NCBI GenBank assembly: GCA_050011875.1
Contig: JBEKIG010000024.1
Span: 1-24,918, forward strand
DNA length: 24,918 bases
Reading direction: 5' to 3'
Source: Nitrososphaeria archaeon
Lineage (GTDB): Archaea; Thermoproteota; Nitrososphaeria; JACIWG01
A model generated the notes under the pieces. The model saw only the letters and a list, made by a program, of their open reading frames with translations, was not told where the DNA came from and made no database searches. Of this stretch, positions 1-9,700 are shown in pieces. A program made the position numbers and the translations under genes. The stretch's first letter is position 1. Every line of letters starts with the position of its first letter.

Positions 1-123
1 CAATTGGGGCAAGCCCCACAGAAGCAATGGAATGGAGCCAAAGCCCCAGTTCCAGTCAAACCTGGTGAAAGAACAAGTTCAATAGATAGAGCTGCAAGAA
101 AACGCAGACTAATGGGAATGTAA
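1..123 (+). CDS. 3' end of an upstream gene, probably the capsid scaffolding protein (partial)
   Basis: Frame 1 is open from base 1 to TAA at 121-123 (QLGQAPQKQWNGAKAPVPVKPGERTSSIDRAARKRRLMGM*). A Pro-rich linker with a basic C-terminal helix, upstream of the capsid gene, fits a scaffold. Not in the ORF track. Confidence 0.5.
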   Translation, partial: QLGQAPQKQWNGAKAPVPVKPGERTSSIDRAARKRRLMGM

Positions 124-157
124 AGTTATATACCTGAGTGGGAACAATAAATTAATT

Positions 158-1924
158 ATGAATGCTAACGAAAAGTTTTTACTTGAAATGGAAAAAAGAT
201 TTAAGGCGACATGCGATGTCTCTCCATTTCCATTGCAGACTAAAAAGGCTAATGTAGAAACTAATAAGGATAAATCTAAAGAGTTTAGCGAGGTCTTTAC
301 TCCACTTTGGTTAGTAGACCAAATGATCAAGCAGGTAGATTTTGATAGTTGTGATACGACTACTTTAGATTTATGTGCAGGTTATGGACAATTTAGTATT
401 AGATTAATGAGGTATTTCTATAATAACTTTCCTTATTGGGATGTTAAGAAGTTCCTGATTAACAATCATGCCTTTTCAGAATTGCAATTATCTTCTTGTT
501 ATAAACTACTAAACATTTTTAGCAACAAGATAACTCTTTTTATTGGCGACTCCACGCACTTAAACAAGTTGCCAGCTAATGCTAAAGGGTTGTGGTGTTA
601 TATTGAAAATTATGGTTATTGGGTTTGTTTGACCAAAACTATTCAAGGCATTCTTTCTTCTAATGGGATTAAAGAAAAGCCTTGTTCGGAAGCACAGTTT
701 GTCTCATCGGTTGAAACTATAATCAAGGACTTAAACGAAACATACACTACTATGGAAGAAAATTTTCTCAAGCAGCTAACCAATTCAAAGCTTAGGCTTG
801 AATTGATCGATCAACTTAACGAACGGGTGAAGATTATTCCGCCCAATCTTGTATCGGAGATGTTGGATCAGGTTGAGGATTTGGAAAAGAAGACTATTTT
901 GGTATTGTATAATTGCGAGATAGTGGAGCAGTTAATTCATAAGAAGAAGATTGATCCCAAGACGATTACATTTGGAAGCGAGCTTGGATTTCTACACAAT
1001 ACTTTCAAAGGTCGGAAGTTTGATGTATGTTTGAGCAATCCCCCGTATAATCGTGGATTAGATTTAAAGATATTGCAAGCTTTAATGAATAATGGAACGG
1101 TGGAGACTTCGATTGCTAAGAAGTTTATCTGGGTTCATCCTTCTACTTGGTTGCTAGATCAAAAAGGTAAAGCAAACACCTATAATAATGTCAAGGCCTT
1201 GTTGAATAAGAAACTGAGAAGTGTAAAGATTTTCAATGGCAATGCGGTATTTGGAATAGAACTATTTGTTCCGTGCGTTATTAGTCACATAGACTGTGAG
1301 TATGATAATACAAAAACGAAAGTCCTTCTTTTTGAGGAAAATTTCACTGTCAATTCTATTGCTGACATTACTAAATTCGGTGTCAATTGGAAGACAATTG
1401 TAGAACCATTCATTGTTAAGATGGAGAAATTTATCCAAACATCTGGCCATATCTGGTCTCATAACACCAGGACGATTGATCCTACTAAAACGTATTGTCA
1501 AACTGCCGCTATTCGAGGAAATGTTAACGATCGTAATAAAAAATCCAACGCAACAAATGCTACCAAAGAAATTGTTAAAGATAATTTCTATACAATGCTT
1601 AAGGGTAGAGATATCGAAGAGTGTAAAGGTATCAGAGAAACAAGATTGAATAAGCCGGGTGGTGCAACACCAACTTTCGGATTTGATACTGTGGCTGAGC
1701 GAGATAATTTTCTCAATTATCTTAATACCGATTTCGCACGCTTCTGCTTGTCGATATATAAGATTGGTCAACATATGGAAAATGGAGAAATGGAACTCAT
1801 TCCATGGCTTGATTTCACTCAAACTTGGGATGATAAGAAACTATTTGATCATTTCGATATCAATAAAGATACGCAAGATTATATTAGAAAGTTTTTGCCA
1901 GATTACTATGGAATTAGAAAATAA
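158..1924 (+). CDS. N6-adenine (amino) DNA methyltransferase, Eco57I/gamma-like, with duplicated MTase module
   Basis: Motif X EVFTP, SAM-binding motif I LDLCAGYGQF, GDS, catalytic motif IV FDVCLSNPPY, downstream WVHPSTWL and a TRD-like C-terminus. No endonuclease motif recognised. Confidence 0.85.
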   Translation: MNANEKFLLEMEKRFKATCDVSPFPLQTKKANVETNKDKSKEFSEVFTPLWLVDQMIKQVDFDSCDTTTLDLCAGYGQFSIRLMRYFYNNFPYWDVKKFLINNHAFSELQLSSCYKLLNIFSNKITLFIGDSTHLNKLPANAKGLWCYIENYGYWVCLTKTIQGILSSNGIKEKPCSEAQFVSSVETIIKDLNETYTTMEENFLKQLTNSKLRLELIDQLNERVKIIPPNLVSEMLDQVEDLEKKTILVLYNCEIVEQLIHKKKIDPKTITFGSELGFLHNTFKGRKFDVCLSNPPYNRGLDLKILQALMNNGTVETSIAKKFIWVHPSTWLLDQKGKANTYNNVKALLNKKLRSVKIFNGNAVFGIELFVPCVISHIDCEYDNTKTKVLLFEENFTVNSIADITKFGVNWKTIVEPFIVKMEKFIQTSGHIWSHNTRTIDPTKTYCQTAAIRGNVNDRNKKSNATNATKEIVKDNFYTMLKGRDIEECKGIRETRLNKPGGATPTFGFDTVAERDNFLNYLNTDFARFCLSIYKIGQHMENGEMELIPWLDFTQTWDDKKLFDHFDINKDTQDYIRKFLPDYYGIRK

Positions 1925-2025
1925 TCTAAAATGAAAAAGTTTAACCCATAATTTCTATCAATATTTCATTATATTATTAGACATTCGTGTTCTATTCATG
2001 CTATGTGCAGGCGTCTTGGTTTCAA

Positions 2026-2078
2026 TTGCCTCGAATAAGAAGAAATGTTTTCAACAAATCCCAACTATTTTGAGGCAA
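2026..2078 (+). promoter_or_regulatory. Leader stem that sequesters the capsid-gene Shine-Dalgarno
   Basis: TTGCCTCGAATA (2026-2037) is complementary to TATTTTGAGGCAA (2066-2078), with one G-U pair and one bulge. The SD GAGG (2072-2075) lies in the 3' arm. Confidence 0.45.
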
Positions 2079-2082
2079 ACAA

Positions 2083-3366
2083 ATGACTTTCGTAACAGGT
2101 AATACATCTACCACAATTGATGCGATTCTAAAAGAATATTATGATGATGGTGCTCTCGTAAACGAGACATACATTGACAATCCACTTTGGGCACGTATGT
2201 CCAAGGCAGAAGCTCTTGGTAACGTAACTGGTAGGCACTTTGTGCATCCAGTGGTTATCGCTACTTCACAAGGTCGTAGCAGAAGCTTTACACAAGCACA
2301 GTCTCGTGGTCAGGCTACAAATGAAATGGCTTATGACTTCTTAGTCCCACGTGTGACTAACTATCAGCTTGCAACAGTATCAACCCAGGCTGTTCTACAG
2401 ACCAAGGGTGATCGTGGTGCATTCATTGACATTCTAACTCTTGCAACTGATGACGCAGTGCGAAACCTTGGTCTTGCACAAGCTCACAGCATGTATGGTA
2501 ATGGTGGTGAAGCAATTGGGCAGATTGGAACAATTGGTGGAACATCCAATTCAGTTATTACTTTTGCTCAGGCAGACCAATGCCTAAACTTCGAAGTCCA
2601 GATGGAATTAGACGCAGCCTCTGATGATGGCTCGACTGGTTCAACAACTGTTGCTGCTTATGGCACCAACGCTCATGGTCTTTATGTTATCGCAGTAGAT
2701 AGAACTGCAAATACAATCACTGTTGGAACTGCTGCTGGCGTTGCCTGTGCAGTTACAGATGCAGCTGATGGTATTCCAACAGCAGCAGATGGTTATTACC
2801 TATTTGGTCGTGGTGATAAAGGTCTTGGTATGCAAGGCATTCAAGCCTGGATACCTTTTGGTGGTCCATCATCTGGCGACAGCTTCTTAGGTGTCACTCG
2901 TACAGTAGACCCACAGCGTTTGGCTGGCAACTGGCTTGATGCTTCAAGTCTTGCAGTTGAAGACGCATTCATTACAGCTTCGCAGGTCGTTGCAAAGGCT
3001 GGTGGAAAACTAACTCACTTCTTCGTTCCATTTACCAAGTATGCCCAGCTTCTAAAGAGCCAGTCAGCTAAGGTAACAATCATTGAAGAGGTTAATCCAG
3101 ATATTAGCTTCGATGGTCTCCAAGTCTTGACCCCCAAAGGTCCAGTTCTTGTAATCCCAGATCGTAACTGCCCAAGCAATAGAATGTTTGGTCTAAATAT
3201 CGACACTTGGACTTACACTCACGTTGGTGATCCAGTTCAGATGTTCAATCTTGATGGTAACACTTGGCTTCGTCAAGCAACTGCTGATGGTCTTGAGATT
3301 CGTTTCTTCTCCATGGGCAACCTTGTTTGCAGAGTTCCAGCTCACAACATCACAATGGCTTGCTAA
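2083..3366 (+). CDS. Major capsid protein (HK97 fold inferred)
   Basis: 427 aa. The N-terminal LKEYY...YIDNPLW and C-terminal GNLVCRVPAHN patterns resemble phage capsid proteins. It has a GAGG SD, a biased codon usage suggesting high expression, a 3' hairpin, and sits at the head of the structural module. Confidence 0.85.
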   Translation: MTFVTGNTSTTIDAILKEYYDDGALVNETYIDNPLWARMSKAEALGNVTGRHFVHPVVIATSQGRSRSFTQAQSRGQATNEMAYDFLVPRVTNYQLATVSTQAVLQTKGDRGAFIDILTLATDDAVRNLGLAQAHSMYGNGGEAIGQIGTIGGTSNSVITFAQADQCLNFEVQMELDAASDDGSTGSTTVAAYGTNAHGLYVIAVDRTANTITVGTAAGVACAVTDAADGIPTAADGYYLFGRGDKGLGMQGIQAWIPFGGPSSGDSFLGVTRTVDPQRLAGNWLDASSLAVEDAFITASQVVAKAGGKLTHFFVPFTKYAQLLKSQSAKVTIIEEVNPDISFDGLQVLTPKGPVLVIPDRNCPSNRMFGLNIDTWTYTHVGDPVQMFNLDGNTWLRQATADGLEIRFFSMGNLVCRVPAHNITMAC

Positions 3367-3373
3367 TTTTAGC

Positions 3374-3416
3374 GATAATGTGTGGGCTGGTTATATAATG
3401 ATCAGCCCCCATTATC
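3374..3416 (+). terminator. Long hairpin just after the capsid gene (mRNA-stabilising or partial terminator)
   Basis: GATAATG..GGGCTGGTTAT-ata-ATGATCAGCCC..CATTATC, an imperfect inverted repeat starting 8 nt after the stop. No clear U-tract. Confidence 0.55.
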
Positions 3417-3447
3417 AAATAACTTTCTAACATAAAGGTAAAATAAA

Positions 3448-3837
3448 ATGCCATTTGGTTATAATCAGATTTTCACAGACATTCCAGAATCATGGATAAC
3501 AGCAGGTGTCGTATCCATTGGTACAACTGGAGCCCCAACATTCACCACAAAAAAGCCATCTGGTCTTATTTCAAGTATTACCAGAACTGGCATAGGTGCA
3601 TATACACTCGCATTATCACAAGGCTTTCCAGAATATGAGTTCTTCAAGGCTGAAGTAATAGGTGCTGATGGTTATACTATTAGAACAGAAACAATTACTA
3701 TTGGGACAACTCCAACAGCAACTTCTGCCACTCTACCAGTTATAACTATCCAAGCAGTATCAGGTAGTTCAGCAGCTGAACTTCCATCAAGTTCTAAGTT
3801 CTGCTTCTTACTAATCGTAAAGAAAATGAGTCTATAA
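3448..3837 (+). CDS. Putative capsid decoration/minor head protein
   Basis: 129 aa, T/S/G-rich with a beta-strand pattern, AAAGGT SD, directly downstream of the capsid gene. Confidence 0.55.
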   Translation: MPFGYNQIFTDIPESWITAGVVSIGTTGAPTFTTKKPSGLISSITRTGIGAYTLALSQGFPEYEFFKAEVIGADGYTIRTETITIGTTPTATSATLPVITIQAVSGSSAAELPSSSKFCFLLIVKKMSL

Positions 3838-3838
3838 A

Positions 3839-4087
3839 ATGGACGAAAAGAAACCTGGACTTGCAATTCTAATTGGACATGCTCTTGCTGAAAAAGGCAA
3901 GGCTAAGCACGATCCATTATCAGAAGCTCCAAAAGATGATGGGGAAGCAAAAGATGATGGTGGTCTCGACGAACATGTTCATATGATAGCAGAAGACATG
4001 ATAGCAGCAATTCATGAGAAAGATGTAGATAAACTCGCAGACTTACTCAAAGAAGCGTTTGAATGCATGGATGACAAATTAGTATAA
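3839..4087 (+). CDS. Small acidic hypothetical protein of the head module
   Basis: 82 aa, coupled to the previous stop, D/E/K-rich and helical. Confidence 0.7.
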   Translation: MDEKKPGLAILIGHALAEKGKAKHDPLSEAPKDDGEAKDDGGLDEHVHMIAEDMIAAIHEKDVDKLADLLKEAFECMDDKLV

Positions 4088-4108
4088 TTAGTTTATTATA
4101 ATTTAGAT

Positions 4109-4149
4109 TAAGAGCCTGACCAGATAAGAGAAGATTTGGCAGGCTCTTA
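4109..4149 (+). terminator. Intergenic hairpin closing the head gene cluster
   Basis: TAAGAGCCTG-a-CCAGAT...ATTTGG-CAGGCTCTTA, with a 10-bp perfect outer stem. No U-tract. Confidence 0.55.
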
Positions 4150-4188
4150 GCATATGGAATATTCTCATATATAATAGAGGCAAACAGT

Positions 4189-4908
4189 ATGGCTACCACA
4201 TTACAAAATATCATTGACCTGACTCGCTATCGTTCAAATATGGAAAACAATTTCTTTGTAACTGATGCAGAACTAACAATCTATATAAATAATTCACTCG
4301 CAGAACTCGATGACATTCTTGTAACAGACTATGAAGACTATCGAGTTTCTTCATTTCAGTCAGTCATACCAACTGATGGCACATCAAATACTATTCCAAT
4401 CCCATCCAACCTTTATAAGCTGCGTGGGGTCGATTACCAGATTAACCACGAACAGAATGGAACATACTGGCTAACATTATTTCCATTCCAAATGCCAGAA
4501 CGTAATAGACAGCGTAATGGTTTAACAAATATTCTTATTCCATATCGCACAGGTCTTTCATATAGATTAGAAGATACACAAATTATGATAATGCCACAGA
4601 TGCAAGCAGGTGGAACATATCAGGTATGGTTCACGCCCAAGTTCGTTCCACTGGTTGAGACAACTGACACGCTAAATATCCAAATGGATACGCAGGCTTG
4701 GGGTGAATACGCTGTTGTAGATTGTTGTGCCAAGATATTTAATAAGCAAGCTCTTGATCCATCAGGCTTCTTGGCAGAGAAAGCAGCCTTACAGCAAAGA
4801 GTTCGTGGTGCAATGAAGAATAGAGATGCAGCTGCTCCCAAACGCGTTTCTAATGTTCGCTTTCAAGATAATGATTTTGGTGCTCCATTTGGGTGGGATA
4901 ATTTTTAA
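4189..4908 (+). CDS. Head-tail adaptor/tail tubular A-like protein
   Basis: 239 aa. The N-terminal helices TLQNIIDLTRYR...VTDAELTIYINNSLAEL and the C-terminal helical hairpin match the phage adaptor pattern. Synteny between capsid and tail genes. Confidence 0.7.
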   Translation: MATTLQNIIDLTRYRSNMENNFFVTDAELTIYINNSLAELDDILVTDYEDYRVSSFQSVIPTDGTSNTIPIPSNLYKLRGVDYQINHEQNGTYWLTLFPFQMPERNRQRNGLTNILIPYRTGLSYRLEDTQIMIMPQMQAGGTYQVWFTPKFVPLVETTDTLNIQMDTQAWGEYAVVDCCAKIFNKQALDPSGFLAEKAALQQRVRGAMKNRDAAAPKRVSNVRFQDNDFGAPFGWDNF

Positions 4909-4923
4909 AATGGTATAAATAAT

Positions 4924-5268
4924 ATGTTTAAGGTATTTCGTAAACAAGTTCTATCAGTCAAAGAGTTGGCTACACCAGAAAATCTGTTAAAGGTTATAAA
5001 TACTATACAGCAGAACATTTCTGATACGACAGATAACATGGCTCGCAAAGTACAAAGTGACTCAATAATTTTAACAAATATATCTCTCAAATCTGGAAAA
5101 AATAATATAATTAATCACACACTTAGTCGTAAGCTAACTGGATGGAAGATAGTTAGACAAAGAGCAGAAGCCAGAATCTGGGACACACAAGACAGCAATC
5201 CATCACCTAACCTAACACTTTGGCTCTCAACTGGGGCTGATGTAATCGTAGATATTGAGGTTTTTTGA
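4924..5268 (+). CDS. Hypothetical virion protein (coiled coil plus beta domain)
   Basis: 114 aa with INHTLSRKLTGW, an H-x-L-[GS]-R-type motif common in small phage tail proteins. Confidence 0.65.
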   Translation: MFKVFRKQVLSVKELATPENLLKVINTIQQNISDTTDNMARKVQSDSIILTNISLKSGKNNIINHTLSRKLTGWKIVRQRAEARIWDTQDSNPSPNLTLWLSTGADVIVDIEVF

Positions 5269-6745
5269 CTTGAACTCTTGTTATAATCCAACAGTTGGTC
5301 AAGAACCAGGTCCAGCTTATGCTTCAGATATCTCTGGAGACCTAACTAAGATTGCAGAGCATACTCATACTGGTGCTTCTAATACTGATGGCTATCAGAT
5401 TCCAGCAGCTGGCTTGAATATTAATGCAGATATTTCTATGCAAGACCACAATCTAACTAATGCTCGTTCAGTTAGAATGCAATCTCAATCAGGCACATTA
5501 TCTGGCACAGGTGATGTAAGTTGTATTTATGTAGATGGTGGAAATCTTTGGTTTAATAACTCAACTGGAACGCCAGTTCAGATTACAGCTGGTGGAGCAG
5601 TTGATGTCACAGTTGCAGCATCTTATACAATCGATGCTGTTTCAACCAATTTAACAATTCCATATACAGCATTATATAATATTGTAAATGTTAATTCAAG
5701 TTCATCTGCTGTAACAATTACACTTCCAGCTGCCAATACAGTTGCAGGTGGTCGTTATTTTATAATCAAAGACATTCAAGGTTCAGCAGCCACAAACAAT
5801 ATTACAATTAGAACCAATGGTGATACATTCAATGGTGGAGCAACATCAATTACAATTTCTACACCATTCCAAGCAGTTATGGTTGTTGGAGATGGTATTT
5901 CAGTTTGGGGCACATATCCATTTGATAAGTCAGCCTATGAACAAGGCGATGGTTATCTAACATTTAATGGAAATACTTTTGCCACAGCACCAGGCATTAA
6001 GATGAATGGTGAGACCTGTATCTATTTAGGCTCAAATGCTTCAATCATAAGCTATGGCACAGGTCAATATGGTGGCATTCGCAATAATGGAACATTGACA
6101 AGCCAAGGCGTAATCTATCATGCAACTGGCGACAATGATTACTTTGCATCTGGTTCTCAGTTTAACTTAACAGCTGGAGCACAAGCAGAGTTTGGGGCTG
6201 GCTCAACTGTTCTAATGTCTCAACCACCAATCTTCATAAATACACAAATAAGAACATTAGTTAATTCAATTATTAATGGTTTCTCATATGGAGCTGCTGG
6301 TAACTGGGCTCCATTATATTCTGGTGGATTGCTTTGTGGTGTTGTTGGCTCAACTTGGGTTATTCCATTGATTAAAGTTCATAATGGAGCAACATTATCT
6401 TCAATTTCAATCTCATTCAGGGTAGGTTCGTCTCACCTTCCAGCAACAGGTCCATCAATACAAATGTTGAGAGTCAATGCTGTAACCAGTGTAAATTCTT
6501 ATATGTCAAATACAAATCCAACCCAGTATTATTCATTGCCTGGTAATGCAAACGCCTATTACAATAATGGAAACATTAACACATTAACATTTACTTGTAA
6601 TGAGAATAATGTAATTGATAATACTACATATGAATATATTCTTGTTCTGGTAGATGAATCAGGTTCTGGTTCAGCAGGTGGAAACACTTATTATTCACCA
6701 GTTTGTTCATTCACTAATATCACTTCACTTGGCTGGAGCATTTAA
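5255..6745 (+). CDS. Tail fibre/spike-like structural protein (start uncertain: TTG 5270 or +1 frameshift from the upstream gene)
   Basis: 496 aa, G/T/S/N-rich, with an EHTHTG motif and a VTITLPAA...YFIIKD...NNITI fibre-type domain. No in-frame ATG near the 5' end. Confidence 0.7.
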   Translation: MRFFDLNSCYNPTVGQEPGPAYASDISGDLTKIAEHTHTGASNTDGYQIPAAGLNINADISMQDHNLTNARSVRMQSQSGTLSGTGDVSCIYVDGGNLWFNNSTGTPVQITAGGAVDVTVAASYTIDAVSTNLTIPYTALYNIVNVNSSSSAVTITLPAANTVAGGRYFIIKDIQGSAATNNITIRTNGDTFNGGATSITISTPFQAVMVVGDGISVWGTYPFDKSAYEQGDGYLTFNGNTFATAPGIKMNGETCIYLGSNASIISYGTGQYGGIRNNGTLTSQGVIYHATGDNDYFASGSQFNLTAGAQAEFGAGSTVLMSQPPIFINTQIRTLVNSIINGFSYGAAGNWAPLYSGGLLCGVVGSTWVIPLIKVHNGATLSSISISFRVGSSHLPATGPSIQMLRVNAVTSVNSYMSNTNPTQYYSLPGNANAYYNNGNINTLTFTCNENNVIDNTTYEYILVLVDESGSGSAGGNTYYSPVCSFTNITSLGWSI

Positions 6746-9700
6746 TGGCTTTCATTCAACCCACAACAGTGCCACTTTCATTTCAAGGTGGCATCAACTC
6801 CAAGACTGATGCATTACAGCTCCAACCACCAGCTTTATTGGAGTTGCAAAATGCTCAATTCTCGAAGATTGGTCAGCTTAATAAGAGATTTGGATACGAC
6901 ATTCTTTCCACACAAATTATGGATGGCACGAATATTGGATCAGCTGTTGCTATTGACAACTTCAATAATGAGCTTAATCTTTTTGACAATAGTAATATCT
7001 ATACTTATATTTCTTCTAATGGAACTTGGGCTAATCGTGGAGCTGCCATATCACTAATCAATACCAACAATAATATTATCAGAATGGATAACGCCCAGCA
7101 AATCAATCCAGATAGTAATTATTGTAATGGTATAGAAGTTTATGTTTGGGAAGATAGTCGTGGTGGCATTCGCTATTCCATCATAGATTCTGAAACAGAT
7201 TCATATGTTGTTTCTGATAAGATATTAAATGGAAATGGTCAGCAACCTAAGGTCGTTGTCTTCGATAATATTTTCTATATTTTCTATAATGATGGAATAG
7301 ATACCTTCTGGTATGCAACAATCAATCCATCAAATCCAGAAATATTAACAATTCCAATCCCACTTGTTTCAGATTGTATGCCAACTGGATTTTGCTATGA
7401 TGCCTGTGCATCGTCTGATGGCTATATTTATGTAGCCTATACTCAACTCTATGATACCAACCAATATGTAACAACAATTAGGTTTAATAAAACTACTATA
7501 CCACAAACAATACAATGTCATGTTATTTATAATACTGATATTATTTCTTGTCTTTCTATTCTTGTAGATAGTCATGATAATTGTTGGGTATCATTTGGAC
7601 AATCTTTTCAAGGCGTTTGGTCAGTTCAGTCTATCGTCATTACAAATTATTTAACACCAACATATACTATTTATCAAGTTGATTCATTACAAACAGCCAC
7701 AATTGCAATGGTTGAGTCGCTTAATCTTGGAAGCATTCAGATAATCTATGAAGTTGTTGGAGATCAATCTTATAATCAACTAACAAAATCTTGCACAGTA
7801 AATGCAAGTGGCACAATAATTCCAATTGGCACATTGCGTTCTGTTGGTATTGCCACGAAGCCTTTTACTTATAACAATGAGATTTTCATCAACCTTACCT
7901 ACCAGTCAGCGTTGCAGTCAACCTATTTTACAGTTTATCTTACAGAATCGCCATTCACGATTGTAGGCAAGGTGTCAGCCCAAGTTGGTGGAGGCTTGCG
8001 AACCAACTCAATGCTCGCAGAAGTTGCTTCTCCAAAATCAGGTCAATTCATTTGGTCCAATCTTGTTAAAGGTCAATTCATTTCAGAAGATAATACAAGC
8101 TTCTCATTGCTTGGCATCAATTCTACATTAACAGATTTCACAAATGTTAATAAGTTTAATTCTGTAACGTTCAGCAACAATTTACTTTTCGTTGGAGGTA
8201 TTCTACAAAGTTATGATGGCGTCTCTGTGGTTGAACAGAACTTCCATCTATTCCCAGAGAATGTAACAGCAACGCCAAATAACAATGGTGGTTCTGGTGC
8301 ATTGTCTGTTGGTCAATATCAGTATCAGGTTGTCTATGCTTGGACTGATAAGTTTGGGCAAATCCAATACTCATCACCATCAGTTCCAGTCACAGCCACT
8401 TGCACAATTGTGAATGATAGCGTTTCAATCTTTATACCTACATTAAGGTTGACTGCAAAGCAGAATGTAATTATAAAGATTTATAGAACACAGGTAAATG
8501 AAACTACATTCCAAGAGGTTACATCAGAGTTAGCTCCATTGTTAAATGATCCAACAACTGATGTAATTCTATTTGAAGATGCAGTTGCAGATATCGATAT
8601 AGCTGGCAACCAAACCATCTATACAACAGGTGGAGTTTTACCTAATGCAGCACCTCCATCTTGCTCTATGATTACGCTATTCCAAGATAGAGTTATGATC
8701 TCTGGACTTGAAGACCCACATTTGATTTGGTTCAGCAAGAATAGAGTTGATAATACTAACTTCTCTACTGTGCCTTGTGAGTTCTCTGCTGAATTGACCT
8801 ATGCTGTTTCACAAAAAGGTGGTCCAATTACAGCCATTGCAGTTATGGACCAGAACCTTGTAATATTCAAAGCATCTTCAATCTATTTACTTTCGGGTGA
8901 TGGGCCAAATGATGAAGGTGGTGGCGACACATTCCCAGACCCACAATTGATTACTACTTCTATTGGATGCACAAATCCAAATAGTATTGTATTTATTGAT
9001 GATGGGCTAATGTTCCAATCTCCAAATAAAGGTATTTGGCTATTACCAAGAAGCGTTTCAGCCCCAACTTATATTGGTCAGAATGTTGATGATACAGCAT
9101 TATCATATGTAGTTTCATCTGCAACTGCTGATGTAAATAGTAATCAGGTAATCTTCACAACCTCAAATGGTCCAGCAATGGTTTATGATTATTTTGTAAA
9201 TCAATGGAGCCTTTGGACAAATCACAATTCTGTTGATGGAATTATATTTGATGGCAATTTCTGTTTTGTAAAGAATAATGGAAACGTCTATATTCAAGAT
9301 AGAACAATATTCTATGATGGATATATTGATGGTTATCAACAAGGTTATGATATGGAATTGACTACACCTTGGATTAGTTATAGTAGTCTTATGGGTTATC
9401 AAGCCATATTTAGAGCATTCTTGCTTGGAACATATAAATCTCCACATACTTTAAATGTTTCACTTGGCTATAATTTCAATCCAGCATTTACAAGTTTTGC
9501 TACAATAAATGCAACAAATACAGTTGGGGCAACAATGTGGGGTATGGATGGATATACGTGGGGTGGTGGCTCTGTTTGGGGTGAAGACTATTCTCCATAT
9601 ATTTATCAGATTAATTTCCCAATTCAGAAATGCACAAGTTTTAGAATTAAATTGAGCGATACTCAGTCAGTCAATGCTTATATGGAAGCGTTTGCAATTT

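Noticed and set aside
4914-4921. TATAAATA T4-type late promoter
   Set aside because: It is a single intergenic instance 2 nt from the ATG in AT-rich DNA and is not seen at other module starts.
5265-5287. TTGACT...TATAAT sigma70 promoter
   Set aside because: The spacer is only 11 nt.
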